Source: a virus. From it: DNA of 64,000 nt. The stretch covers positions 32,001 through 96,000 of IMG/VR virus record IMGVR_UViG_3300035698_031678. One strand, written 5' to 3'. Each line of letters starts with the position of its first letter. Position 1 is the first letter of the stretch. Below the pieces are notes generated by a model that worked only from the letters and a program-made list of their open reading frames with translations, was not told the DNA's origin and made no database searches. Made by a program: the position numbers and the translations under genes. Shown piece by piece: positions 30,175 to 38,841 of this stretch.

Positions 30175-30843
30175 TTAGTTGGGGTTTTGTTTTATAAAAG
30201 CGCTGTGGGGTATATATTCCAAGATTCTTCTTATGTTTTTATCACTACCACCTGTATATCCTTCTCTCCAGTAGCTAATTTTTCTGTTTATCGTGGTAAG
30301 ATTAAGAATTCTATCAACTCTCATCATTCTCCAATAAGGCAAGTTTTCTGATTCTGATTCCGAATTAGCTCTTTTAAATCTAACACTCTTGTCTTTAACA
30401 GAATCTCTTATTACAAAACACCTTAGGTAAACATCTGATGAATGTTCTTTAGAAACAACACCATCAACCATATATCCTTTGCCCACCACATAAGGTTCTA
30501 CTAATCTAAATCCTTCAAATCCATCTTCATTTTGATAATACAAGCCTAAGTAAAATCTCTTCTTTATAGCAATCTTAATCTTTCTAAGGTGTAAATCTTC
30601 ACGTTCTGGTTTGTTTTTCACATACATAATACTTCTAGCAGACTCGCTTAAAGAAGTTATCTTTTTAAACTCGTTATCAAAGTGTATCTCTCTGAAATTA
30701 GTTTTTACTTGTTCGAATTCTCTTTTAGATATCTTATACCCGATTATTTTTTCTAGTTCAACCCAGGTTAACTTATCAAAGTCATCAAGTTGTTCTAAAA
30801 ATTTTTCAGGAATAGACTCTATAATCTTATTTGCATTGTTCAT
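30175..30843 (-). CDS. stand-alone WYL domain protein
   Basis: AIKKR..L.LYY...G.RLVEPY..G...VYLRCF...WRMMRVDRI WYL pattern. Confidence 0.8.
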   Translation of the reverse strand: MNNANKIIESIPEKFLEQLDDFDKLTWVELEKIIGYKISKREFEQVKTNFREIHFDNEFKKITSLSESARSIMYVKNKPEREDLHLRKIKIAIKKRFYLGLYYQNEDGFEGFRLVEPYVVGKGYMVDGVVSKEHSSDVYLRCFVIRDSVKDKSVRFKRANSESESENLPYWRMMRVDRILNLTTINRKISYWREGYTGGSDKNIRRILEYIPHSAFIKQNPN

Positions 30844-30879
30844 CTTTCTATTTATCTTTTTGGTTGTAAAACATTTAAT

Positions 30880-30975
30880 CTAAAGAAAAAATTCTGTAAA
30901 AATGTTGAGTTAAAAAATTTTGAAAAAAATAATGAAAAAAATATGGGTAAAAAATAAAAATGTTCTAAAAAAATT
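30880..30975. other. phased A-tract, AT-rich non-coding element (predicted bent DNA)
   Basis: Eight A5-A7 tracts mostly 11-14 bp apart. Confidence 0.5.
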
Positions 30976-31112
30976 CTTCATTGTATCTATAAAATTTTGT
31001 TAATATAAACTGTAATCTAAAAACTCTCTCCATTGGTAGTCTGGTGGGGTTATGTTGCTATTATCTTTCCTTAATAGGGGTTTGTTCTTCGTCAGAAAGC
31101 CAGTTTGGGAAT

Positions 31113-31149
31113 AAAAAAAAGGCTGATAGAATTTTACACTATCAGCCTT
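31113..31149 (-). terminator. intrinsic terminator downstream of guanylate kinase
   Basis: AAGGCTGATAG-N9-CTATCAGCCTT stem with A8 run (U-tail on minus strand). Confidence 0.85.
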
Positions 31150-31206
31150 CCAAAAAACAACCTTATTATTTTGTTACGTAAACTTAATTTCCTTGATATA
31201 AGGATT

Positions 31207-31758
31207 TTAAGTATCTAGCCAAATTTTTTCTGATAAACTCTTTAAGTTGAATTTAGGGTCAGTTATTTCAACATCAAAATCCTTGAAATCCTTGAATTGC
31301 TCCCAATCTGTAGTCATTCTTTTCTCAACATTGTCAGCGTTTTCCCTTTGCGATAATCTTTCTTCTCTTACATTGTCGCTTATGTTAATATAGACAACTA
31401 TCAATTTACTATTCCTTAAATGCATTGGTAACCTGTTAACGCCAGCTGGAGTCATTATGAAAAGGTTAGATTTATTAAACTCTTCTTTAGTCGTTCCATA
31501 AACAAAACCGTTAGGAAAGTACTTGAATTGCATGAATTTATCTTCACTTATCATTTTTAACATCATGTTTTCTGTAACAAAATGATAGGTTTTTCCTCCT
31601 ACTTCACCAGTTCTTGGTGGTCTAGTAGTATAGCTTATTTCAGTAGTAATATCGTTCAGTTGACTTAGCAAGTTCTTAGCGTAATCTTTACCACTTCCAC
31701 CTTGCCCTACTAAGATTATCTTTTTGTCTCTTAGCCTATTATCTTGTTCCTTATTCAT
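31207..31758 (-). CDS. gmk: guanylate kinase
   Basis: P-loop GQGGSGKD, SYTTRPPRTGEVGGKTYHFV, YGT. Confidence 0.92.
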   Translation of the reverse strand: MNKEQDNRLRDKKIILVGQGGSGKDYAKNLLSQLNDITTEISYTTRPPRTGEVGGKTYHFVTENMMLKMISEDKFMQFKYFPNGFVYGTTKEEFNKSNLFIMTPAGVNRLPMHLRNSKLIVVYINISDNVREERLSQRENADNVEKRMTTDWEQFKDFKDFDVEITDPKFNLKSLSEKIWLDT

Positions 31759-32069
31759 TATGTTAATTTTAAATGCTTTATACTTAACAAATAAGCAAAT
31801 TTCAGCACTCCAGTTCCTTCTAACTCAATGTAGGTTACAAAATCATTTTCAGAAACCAATATCTTAGGTTCATCCATCATATCTTCTGAAGCCATTACAC
31901 ATATTATTCTATATCCGTTTTTGACCAACATGATAATTTCTTCGTTTTCGTCTATCCTTATATGGTCATTATATTCTTGAGTGTATAACCAAGCGTCATC
32001 TACATAGATTTTAGTACTGCCATCAATACTAAGCTCTCGTTTCAGATTTCTTTTTTTACTAATTTTCAT
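31758..32069 (-). CDS. hypothetical protein
   Basis: 103-aa coupled ORF. Confidence 0.55.
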   Translation of the reverse strand: MKISKKRNLKRELSIDGSTKIYVDDAWLYTQEYNDHIRIDENEEIIMLVKNGYRIICVMASEDMMDEPKILVSENDFVTYIELEGTGVLKFAYLLSIKHLKLT

Positions 32070-33399
32070 ATAGGTCTATTTTTTTAAACTCTCTCTTTTT
32101 TGCCAGAAATTCTTGATATATCTTTAAACCTCTGTTACCGTATCTATATTTAAGCCCAGTAACCACGTACATTCCAGAAAGACTTTGATTCACACCTTTT
32201 TCGTCTGTATCATAATCCATATCGTGGTAATTTTGATCTTGTGTCATTATTTCCACTGGTATTTTCTTAAAATTGGTCAAAGAAAAATCAGTACCTAAAT
32301 ATGTTATTGCTAGGTTAAGCTTAGATATCTCTTCCTTATTTATGCTGTTGCCTATTTTCGCCTCATAATAATTGTCGTGAACGTTGTCAGGAAAGTAAGT
32401 GCCAACTCTATTCACTCTTATGTTTGTTGTGTGATCTTCTAATTCTTCTCCTTTGAGAACTTTCATTTCAGCCCCAATGTTTTTTGTAATAGTACTTTCT
32501 ACAAACACCTCTTCGTAATCTTGTATGGATTTGTTGTACCTATTTATGACTTGCCTATAACCTGACCGATTTCTGCTTTTTCCAGCGTTGTTTATTATTT
32601 TATAGTCAAAGATGTAATTAGCGTTTGCAGCCCTGGCTTGATGGTTACTAGCATAATTTTCTTCTGCATACTTCTCATTGGCAAAAGTGATCTCATAATT
32701 CGAATCTACTGTGCTTTCTAGTTCAGCTTCTATCTCTGTTTGAAACAATGAATTAATTTCAACCAAGTTCAGGTAGTAGTGTTCGTCTACGTATATGTGA
32801 TAAAATGAGTCGAAGTCGCTGTAAACAGAGTTCATGAGTTCATTCATTATAAGTTCTTTGTAGCTGACATTAGGGCAAATATGATACATTGCATCGTTTG
32901 TGTTATCTACGTTACTTGCAAATCCAAGATTCATGTTTTTAGCTATTTGCTGTAAGTAAGAATGTATACTACCATCAAATCCTTCTATCCTGTCTACCCA
33001 AAACTCTGGTAATTCCAGCGTTGCTTCTAGGAAAAACTTGCTGCCAGTTGAAACTAGAGATGTTATCCTATAGTCTTGCCTAACTCCTTTAAAGTCGTCA
33101 TTATCACTCTTAAGAAATAGGCTTAATATGTCATCCAAAGGCAAGAATTCATTTTTCATTCCATCACTAATATCATTTAGTGTTACTTTAATTGTAGGTA
33201 AAAGTTTCTCTGTAGATAAGGTAAAGTCTGTAATGTTAGAGTCAAAAAAGGCTAAGTCATTTATGACAATGTAGGGTGAACTACTTCCAGCTTTATCTTC
33301 TCCAACGTCTGTAGCTCTACCATCAGATTCTTCCCTGTTTAGTATTTCTATTTTTTTAACTTCTATTGTTGGTTCGAAAAATTTTCTTATTATGCTCAT
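32059..33399 (-). CDS. baseplate hub-like protein (gp27/VgrG-N-like)
   Basis: LPTIKVTLND N-terminus and LSGMYVVTGLKYRY C-terminus typical of hub proteins; AATAAATA just upstream. Confidence 0.55.
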   Translation of the reverse strand: MSIIRKFFEPTIEVKKIEILNREESDGRATDVGEDKAGSSSPYIVINDLAFFDSNITDFTLSTEKLLPTIKVTLNDISDGMKNEFLPLDDILSLFLKSDNDDFKGVRQDYRITSLVSTGSKFFLEATLELPEFWVDRIEGFDGSIHSYLQQIAKNMNLGFASNVDNTNDAMYHICPNVSYKELIMNELMNSVYSDFDSFYHIYVDEHYYLNLVEINSLFQTEIEAELESTVDSNYEITFANEKYAEENYASNHQARAANANYIFDYKIINNAGKSRNRSGYRQVINRYNKSIQDYEEVFVESTITKNIGAEMKVLKGEELEDHTTNIRVNRVGTYFPDNVHDNYYEAKIGNSINKEEISKLNLAITYLGTDFSLTNFKKIPVEIMTQDQNYHDMDYDTDEKGVNQSLSGMYVVTGLKYRYGNRGLKIYQEFLAKKREFKKIDLYEN

Positions 33400-33466
33400 A
33401 CCTATTTATTCTGGTAGAAACCGCTTGTTAAAACAATGATTATTTAGTCAACAAAATTCACAGACA

Positions 33467-34216
33467 ATGTACATAAACGAAAACATAAAATGGCAAGGCA
33501 CAACTTACAAAATAGTTATAAAAACCAACAGTGTAGACACTTTGGATCTTGATATAATCTTGAATAACGTCCTTCAAGAAAAGCATCATGACATCAACAT
33601 GGTTCAGGTCTTAACAATACTTTCTTTTATTGGTTATATTCCAGATTCAATGGTAAAACATTTTGGTTCTAAAATCAAACCATTCGTTCAATTAGTATCA
33701 GACGAGAATGTTATTGAGACACATTATAAAATCATTCCTAAGGTTTTATCAAAAAATTACGCTTTTTTAAACAGTGTATACTGCCCTACAACAGACAAAC
33801 ATAGATCTGCCCCAGATCTACCAGAAGATTTACTGAAAAAGTTGTTACCATCAATATCTTTTAAAGATTGGTACTACCTTTCTAATAATGAAAAAAGATT
33901 GTTCTTGTTATTTGATGGTGAACCAAAAAGCGATATTGTAAACCCAGTAAAAGTAAAGAAAGATAGTACCATAGACTACTTTAAAATACCATTGCTATAC
34001 CAGTGGATAACAATATCAACTAGAAAACTTAAACCGAAAGATTTAGTAGTCAGAGTTGAAGACATGTACTTTACGGTTGTAGCCTATGCTGATGCTAGCC
34101 ATTTTATTGACAATTCTGATAAGCGTTTTATCAATTATGGTAAAACAAACCCTATTTTTTATAAGGTAGAAGCTATAAGTGATGTAGAACCAGAACTCAA
34201 TTGCTTTCCGAACTAA
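33467..34216 (+). CDS. hypothetical protein
   Basis: 249 aa; preceded by GAAAC-N16-GATTATTTA (33417-33446). Confidence 0.6.
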   Translation: MYINENIKWQGTTYKIVIKTNSVDTLDLDIILNNVLQEKHHDINMVQVLTILSFIGYIPDSMVKHFGSKIKPFVQLVSDENVIETHYKIIPKVLSKNYAFLNSVYCPTTDKHRSAPDLPEDLLKKLLPSISFKDWYYLSNNEKRLFLLFDGEPKSDIVNPVKVKKDSTIDYFKIPLLYQWITISTRKLKPKDLVVRVEDMYFTVVAYADASHFIDNSDKRFINYGKTNPIFYKVEAISDVEPELNCFPN

Positions 34217-34253
34217 AACAGTTAAAAACCATTTTAAAAATAAAACTATAAAA

Positions 34254-34598
34254 ATGAATGAAATCAACGAAATAAAGCTAGACGTCACACAAGATTTAAT
34301 ATCTTTTAGAATCCACTTTGGCTTATCAGAATGTCGTAATCTACTTAACCTACACCTTTACCAAAATAGTGAGATAGATTCAGAACCTAGAAAACTAATT
34401 TTTTCTACTAATAATCAAAAACCAGCTGTAGCTCTTGTTGAATTGCTCAACTTTATAAGAATACCTTTACAAATGGTGGTAGTGTTGACAAATATGAACT
34501 TTTTCAAGAAATATGATTTCGTTCTAAGTGCATCTGGAGGTTACTATCTTACCCAACAGTTTTATGACTTACATGGTAAAGACATTTTGAAAAACTAA
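34254..34598 (+). CDS. hypothetical protein
   Basis: 114-aa ORF. Confidence 0.55.
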   Translation: MNEINEIKLDVTQDLISFRIHFGLSECRNLLNLHLYQNSEIDSEPRKLIFSTNNQKPAVALVELLNFIRIPLQMVVVLTNMNFFKKYDFVLSASGGYYLTQQFYDLHGKDILKN

Positions 34599-34615
34599 AA
34601 ATTAAATTAACCATT

Positions 34616-35197
34616 ATGAACAATTTATATAATTTCGACAAAGAAACTCTAGAGTTTAAAAAAAGAGGCTTTTGGCAATTCGACTACAAGATGTTGTTTT
34701 TAATCACTGTCTTAATAGCCAGCAATATTCATTTTTTGTTAAGATACTATAGTCAAGTTAACCTCAACAAGACTAACCTGGTAGTTATGGCAGATCAGAA
34801 ATTTGTTATAGATGATCAGTGTGAAGATTTTACAGAATTAAAATTGTTTGATTTTTTAGCACAATTAAGGATAGACCATCAAAACATTGTTTTTTCTCAA
34901 GCTTATCTAGAAACAGGTGGTTTCACTAGTGACATCTTTATAGAAAACAATAATCTATTTGGTATGAAAAGGGCTAGAGTAAGGAGTACCTTGTGCATAG
35001 GGGAAAACAGAGGTCATGCAGTCTATAATACCTGGAAAGAATCTGTTATTGATTACCTTATGTGGCAGAACGAATACGGAAAAGACAGAAACCCAGTTGA
35101 ATATTACGCATTACTCTCAAGAGTTTATGCTGAAGACAAAAACTACGTTCTAAGGCTTAAAGAAATTGATAAAAATTTAATACACCATGACAATTAA
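34616..35197 (+). CDS. membrane-anchored glucosaminidase (GH73/FlgJ-like) peptidoglycan hydrolase
   Basis: N-terminal TM; QAYLETG, NNLFGMK, Y.TWKESV.DY, YAED..Y. Confidence 0.85.
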   Translation: MNNLYNFDKETLEFKKRGFWQFDYKMLFLITVLIASNIHFLLRYYSQVNLNKTNLVVMADQKFVIDDQCEDFTELKLFDFLAQLRIDHQNIVFSQAYLETGGFTSDIFIENNNLFGMKRARVRSTLCIGENRGHAVYNTWKESVIDYLMWQNEYGKDRNPVEYYALLSRVYAEDKNYVLRLKEIDKNLIHHDN

Positions 35198-35810
35198 CCA
35201 AAGGCTATTACCACCAATCTGGAAAGGAAAAATAAAAACAATAGAAGAATACTTTGAAATACAGGGTGTTGAAAAATACACGATAAAAAACGATGTTGTA
35301 ACAATAGACCAGGATGCTAAATTGAAGGGTATTTACCTTAAGCTACCATTCAAGATCGACTTAGTAAAAGGCAACCTAGATGTTTCTTTTAACAGAATAG
35401 CTACACTAGAAGACTTTCCTCAAGTTTTTGGAGACTTAGACATTTCAGGCAACGTACTAGATACCATAGACTTTCCTCTAAAGGTCTCTGGGTCTATAAA
35501 CCTAAGTAACAACAAAAGACTTACATCACTAGAAGGTATTCCCGAAGAGATTAAAGGTAATCTAAATGCCTCCTTTTGTAACATAAACAGCCTGGTAATG
35601 ACCAAAGATGTTAGTATAACTGGAGACGTTTCCCTAGCTAGCAATGGGATATCTTCTTTAAATCTACCAAACAAACTAATAGTTGGTGGAACTCTTAACG
35701 TATTTGATAACCAGATAAGAGACCACAAAACAAACGTAAAAGCCGAATTCATTGAGCTTTCTGGAAACCCTTGCAACAGTGCAGAGTGGGAAAGCGATTG
35801 TATGTGGTAA
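35187..35810 (+). CDS. leucine-rich repeat protein
   Basis: Repeats GNLDVSFNRIATLE / GSINLSNNKRLTSLEG / GDVSLASNGISSL. Confidence 0.8.
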   Translation: MTINQRLLPPIWKGKIKTIEEYFEIQGVEKYTIKNDVVTIDQDAKLKGIYLKLPFKIDLVKGNLDVSFNRIATLEDFPQVFGDLDISGNVLDTIDFPLKVSGSINLSNNKRLTSLEGIPEEIKGNLNASFCNINSLVMTKDVSITGDVSLASNGISSLNLPNKLIVGGTLNVFDNQIRDHKTNVKAEFIELSGNPCNSAEWESDCMW

Positions 35811-35841
35811 TCATTAAATAACTATTAAAATAACAAACGAT

Positions 35842-36099
35842 ATGGCTCAAGAGGTTAAAAATTACGTATTATTAGATAAAAACCAGATTTTGGTTCCAAT
35901 GTATCATGATAAAGATGATGTAGAAGTTGGTAAAACGGTATATCTACAAGTCTCCACTTCTATAATGAAAGGTAAGGTAAAGAAGAGACTAAACAAAAGC
36001 GACCATTACGAAGTTACCACAATGTTTAATGGTAAAGAGAAACCTTTTTTCAAAAGAAAATCGGAAATTATGGCTATAGGACTAAAAACGTACGTTTAA
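35842..36099 (+). CDS. hypothetical protein
   Basis: 85-aa ORF. Confidence 0.55.
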   Translation: MAQEVKNYVLLDKNQILVPMYHDKDDVEVGKTVYLQVSTSIMKGKVKKRLNKSDHYEVTTMFNGKEKPFFKRKSEIMAIGLKTYV

Positions 36100-36140
36100 T
36101 AGCATTCAAACAAATTTTTTAAGATTATAATTAAGCACTC

Positions 36141-36383
36141 ATGACTGAAACCGAATTTTTACAATTGTTACATTCTGTAGCTAAAGATAGAGACATAGAA
36201 TTTGCAATAGAAGAAATAACAATGGAATCTAATTTTAAAACAGAACTCCACCTAGATAGTTTAGATCAGTTAGATCTTGTCATGGGTATGGAAAAACACT
36301 TTAACATTATGTTAGATTATGATGGTACTAATGCAATGGAAACTGTTGTAGAACTTTACGAATTAACAAAATCAAAAATATAA
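36141..36383 (+). CDS. acpP: acyl carrier protein
   Basis: 80 aa, acidic; LHLDSLDQLDLVMGMEKHFNI with the DSL phosphopantetheine site. Confidence 0.9.
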   Translation: MTETEFLQLLHSVAKDRDIEFAIEEITMESNFKTELHLDSLDQLDLVMGMEKHFNIMLDYDGTNAMETVVELYELTKSKI

Positions 36384-36387
36384 AGCC

Positions 36388-36798
36388 ATGTCTAAGAAAT
36401 TTAAGATTAGTAAAAACAAACTGTTTTTTAAAAATAAAAACGGTTCTTTAATGAGATTAGACAAGTATTCCCTGGACTTATACTACTTTGTCATATCTAG
36501 AATGACTACCGAAGAATTTGTTAAAAAACATAAAGCCCTAAATGATGGGGTAAAGTATGCTATGAACGTTTCGCCAGTTCTTTTACACGTTCCAGATCCT
36601 TTATCAGGCTACGTTGAAAATTCTCCAACGCAAAATCGTGTGCATGATAAAGGTAAAGTTCACCACACCATGACTATATTTACGCAAATCGATAGAGTTG
36701 CTGTTGTAAAGCTTACTACAGAAAAAAACATTCTAGAATTATCAAATGACGAAAAGATCATAAATTCTGTAGTAGAAACTGATAAAGAAAATTCTTAA
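36388..36798 (+). CDS. hypothetical protein
   Basis: 136-aa ORF. Confidence 0.55.
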   Translation: MSKKFKISKNKLFFKNKNGSLMRLDKYSLDLYYFVISRMTTEEFVKKHKALNDGVKYAMNVSPVLLHVPDPLSGYVENSPTQNRVHDKGKVHHTMTIFTQIDRVAVVKLTTEKNILELSNDEKIINSVVETDKENS

Positions 36799-36826
36799 TT
36801 CTTCTATAGAAATCAAATAAATCACT

Positions 36827-37570
36827 ATGGAGACTGACAATAAAAAGTTTATATTAACAGAAAAAGAATTAAGAGTTGGGGCTGTTAGCTTGCACAGACA
36901 TATGTTGACTGAATCAGAGCAATTTTGCTCTTTAAAGGTTTTAGGTGGAGGTTGGTTTAGTGCAGATAATGTAAACAAAATTTTATACTTTTTTGGTACT
37001 TCTCACGAATTTGGTCAATGTTCTATAGAGCAACTTAAAGAATACAGAGCAAAAAATGAACATATTTTTGGAAAAAAAGGTAAAGATTTTAGATGGATCT
37101 TTTCAAATGAAAATTCTTTAGAAGAAGCTATCTCTGATTATCTAAATTGTAAACACCTAACTAATATGGGTTTAGGCAGCTTTACTAAAAATTTCATAGA
37201 CCCAATTGATAAGCCTTACATCTATAGTAAGCCTTATGGCACGACCTTTGAAATTTCTTTAGTAAACAATTACGAAGACGTTCCTGAAAAATACTTAGAT
37301 TTTTTGGTAGATGATATTACTGATGATGAAAGAATCTTGAAAAAGATAAGTTCTGTGATTATAATTGGCGCATTTGACCCTAAAGACATGGAACTTGAAG
37401 CGTTCAAGGTGCTACTAAGTTTAAAAGAACATTCTTTACCTTTAGATTATTTTAATGGTTCTCCTTACTTAATATTTTTGAAGAAAGCTAAGCTTGTAAA
37501 AGGTTCTAAAAGATTAAGTATTACTGAACTCGGTAAGGTGTACGTAGAAACGGTTTTACTATGCAACTAA
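36827..37570 (+). CDS. protein with Janus/Ocnus (PHPT1)-like N-terminal domain and wHTH-like C-terminus
   Basis: SLH...VLGGGWF...KILYFFGTSHEFG; C-terminal LSITELGKVYV. Confidence 0.5.
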   Translation: METDNKKFILTEKELRVGAVSLHRHMLTESEQFCSLKVLGGGWFSADNVNKILYFFGTSHEFGQCSIEQLKEYRAKNEHIFGKKGKDFRWIFSNENSLEEAISDYLNCKHLTNMGLGSFTKNFIDPIDKPYIYSKPYGTTFEISLVNNYEDVPEKYLDFLVDDITDDERILKKISSVIIIGAFDPKDMELEAFKVLLSLKEHSLPLDYFNGSPYLIFLKKAKLVKGSKRLSITELGKVYVETVLLCN

Positions 37571-37731
37571 AGCTACCTTGTTGGATAGTGGGTCACAAAT
37601 CACCAAATTGGTTAGTAATAAGGAAAAGAATATTTAAAAATAATGGACAAGTAAAATACATTAGTTCTAGATATTGTACCAGATGCGAGGAGATAGTGAA
37701 AGATCGAAATTATAAAAAATCTACATTATGA
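37561..37731 (+). CDS. small Zn-binding protein (C-x3-GH...C-x-RC, DUF1660-like), missing from ORF track
   Basis: MQLKLPCWIVGHK...YCTRCEE, 56 aa, overlaps both neighbours. Confidence 0.7.
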   Translation: MQLKLPCWIVGHKSPNWLVIRKRIFKNNGQVKYISSRYCTRCEEIVKDRNYKKSTL

Positions 37732-38054
37732 GTGGTAAAGTGGTAAAATTGAAAGAAATTGTTGAAAAAGAACAAATAGAAAATAAGTGCATACTGTCTG
37801 AAGACGCTTTAATTCTTATTTTTTGTTCATTCTCTAAAAGTACTAAGCTACAGATTGACATGTTTGAATTATACTTTGATTTATTAGAAATCTTAGAATT
37901 TTATAGGGAAAAAGAACATAGTAGTTTATTGTTTGAAAAATCTAAGGCTATATTCTTAAAGTATGATCAAATAGCGGTTCAGGAATTCGAGTTACTGACT
38001 AAGCACTACCATGAAAGTTACTTAGAAGTAATGGAAAAAATCAAAAATTTATAG
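37728..38054 (+). CDS. hypothetical protein
   Basis: 108-aa ORF. Confidence 0.55.
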   Translation: MSGKVVKLKEIVEKEQIENKCILSEDALILIFCSFSKSTKLQIDMFELYFDLLEILEFYREKEHSSLLFEKSKAIFLKYDQIAVQEFELLTKHYHESYLEVMEKIKNL

Positions 38055-38056
38055 TT

Positions 38057-38329
38057 ATGGGGGAAATGTCCGAATATTACAGAAATCCAAAAGATGGTAT
38101 AGAAGAATGGAGCAACGAATTAGAAAAACTAGAGAAAGATAGAACCAGAGATACTTATTGGGTTACTAAATCTGGAAAGAAATCTAAAATAAAGGATTTG
38201 TCAGATTTGCACCTTAGAAACATAGTAAACCACACCATAAATTCTAAAAAACTAAATAAAGAAAGTAAGTTGTCTTTGCTTAGAACAATTGATTTAGAAA
38301 TGAAATTTAGAGAAGATAATGAAAAGTGA
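38057..38329 (+). CDS. hypothetical protein (paralog of 38554-38841)
   Basis: YWVTKSG...IKDLSDLHLRNI...LEMKFR. Confidence 0.6.
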   Translation: MGEMSEYYRNPKDGIEEWSNELEKLEKDRTRDTYWVTKSGKKSKIKDLSDLHLRNIVNHTINSKKLNKESKLSLLRTIDLEMKFREDNEK

Positions 38330-38564
38330 TAGGTTAGATTGGAAAAGAGATTTTTTCACAATAGTAAAAAGAAATGATTACTACTATGTAATAAATATGT
38401 TTGGTATAAAGATTAAACTTTCAGATACCTTTGGTACAGTTTGCCACCCTTTAGCCCTTTGCAGTATAGCAGATGCAGAATCACTCATTAAAGTTTTGGG
38501 TATTTTTAGAAGCAGAATAAGTTATAAAAAGCTAAAAAACATAAATTACCGTTATGAATATTGA
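38319..38564 (+). CDS. hypothetical protein
   Basis: 81-aa coupled ORF. Confidence 0.5.
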   Translation: MKSDRLDWKRDFFTIVKRNDYYYVINMFGIKIKLSDTFGTVCHPLALCSIADAESLIKVLGIFRSRISYKKLKNINYRYEY

Positions 38565-38841
38565 CAACTATATTAAGAAAAATAATTTAGAAATTATAAA
38601 GTGGGCTGATGGAATCTTAAGTGATTACAGAGACTACAGTAAAGAAAGAGATAATATTTCTTGGATGGTTGGCGATAAAAGAATATACATGGTAAATTTA
38701 AGTACAGATGAATTGTTTTCTGTATTATATGAATCAAGCATTTTCCAAGGTTTTTTATTGTCTGACAAACTAGAATTAGTAAAGATATTTACTCTAGAGA
38801 TCAATATGAGAACCAGGTTTGGTTTAATTGGTAAACCTTAA
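38554..38841 (+). CDS. hypothetical protein (paralog of 38057-38329)
   Basis: SWMVGD...MVNLSTDELFSV...LEINMR. Confidence 0.55.
   Translation: MNIDNYIKKNNLEIIKWADGILSDYRDYSKERDNISWMVGDKRIYMVNLSTDELFSVLYESSIFQGFLLSDKLELVKIFTLEINMRTRFGLIGKP

Noticed and set aside
31020-31112. Possible tRNA or structured ncRNA in the GC-richer intergenic block
   Set aside because: No cloverleaf, T-loop motif or convincing long stem found by eye; a covariance-model search would be needed
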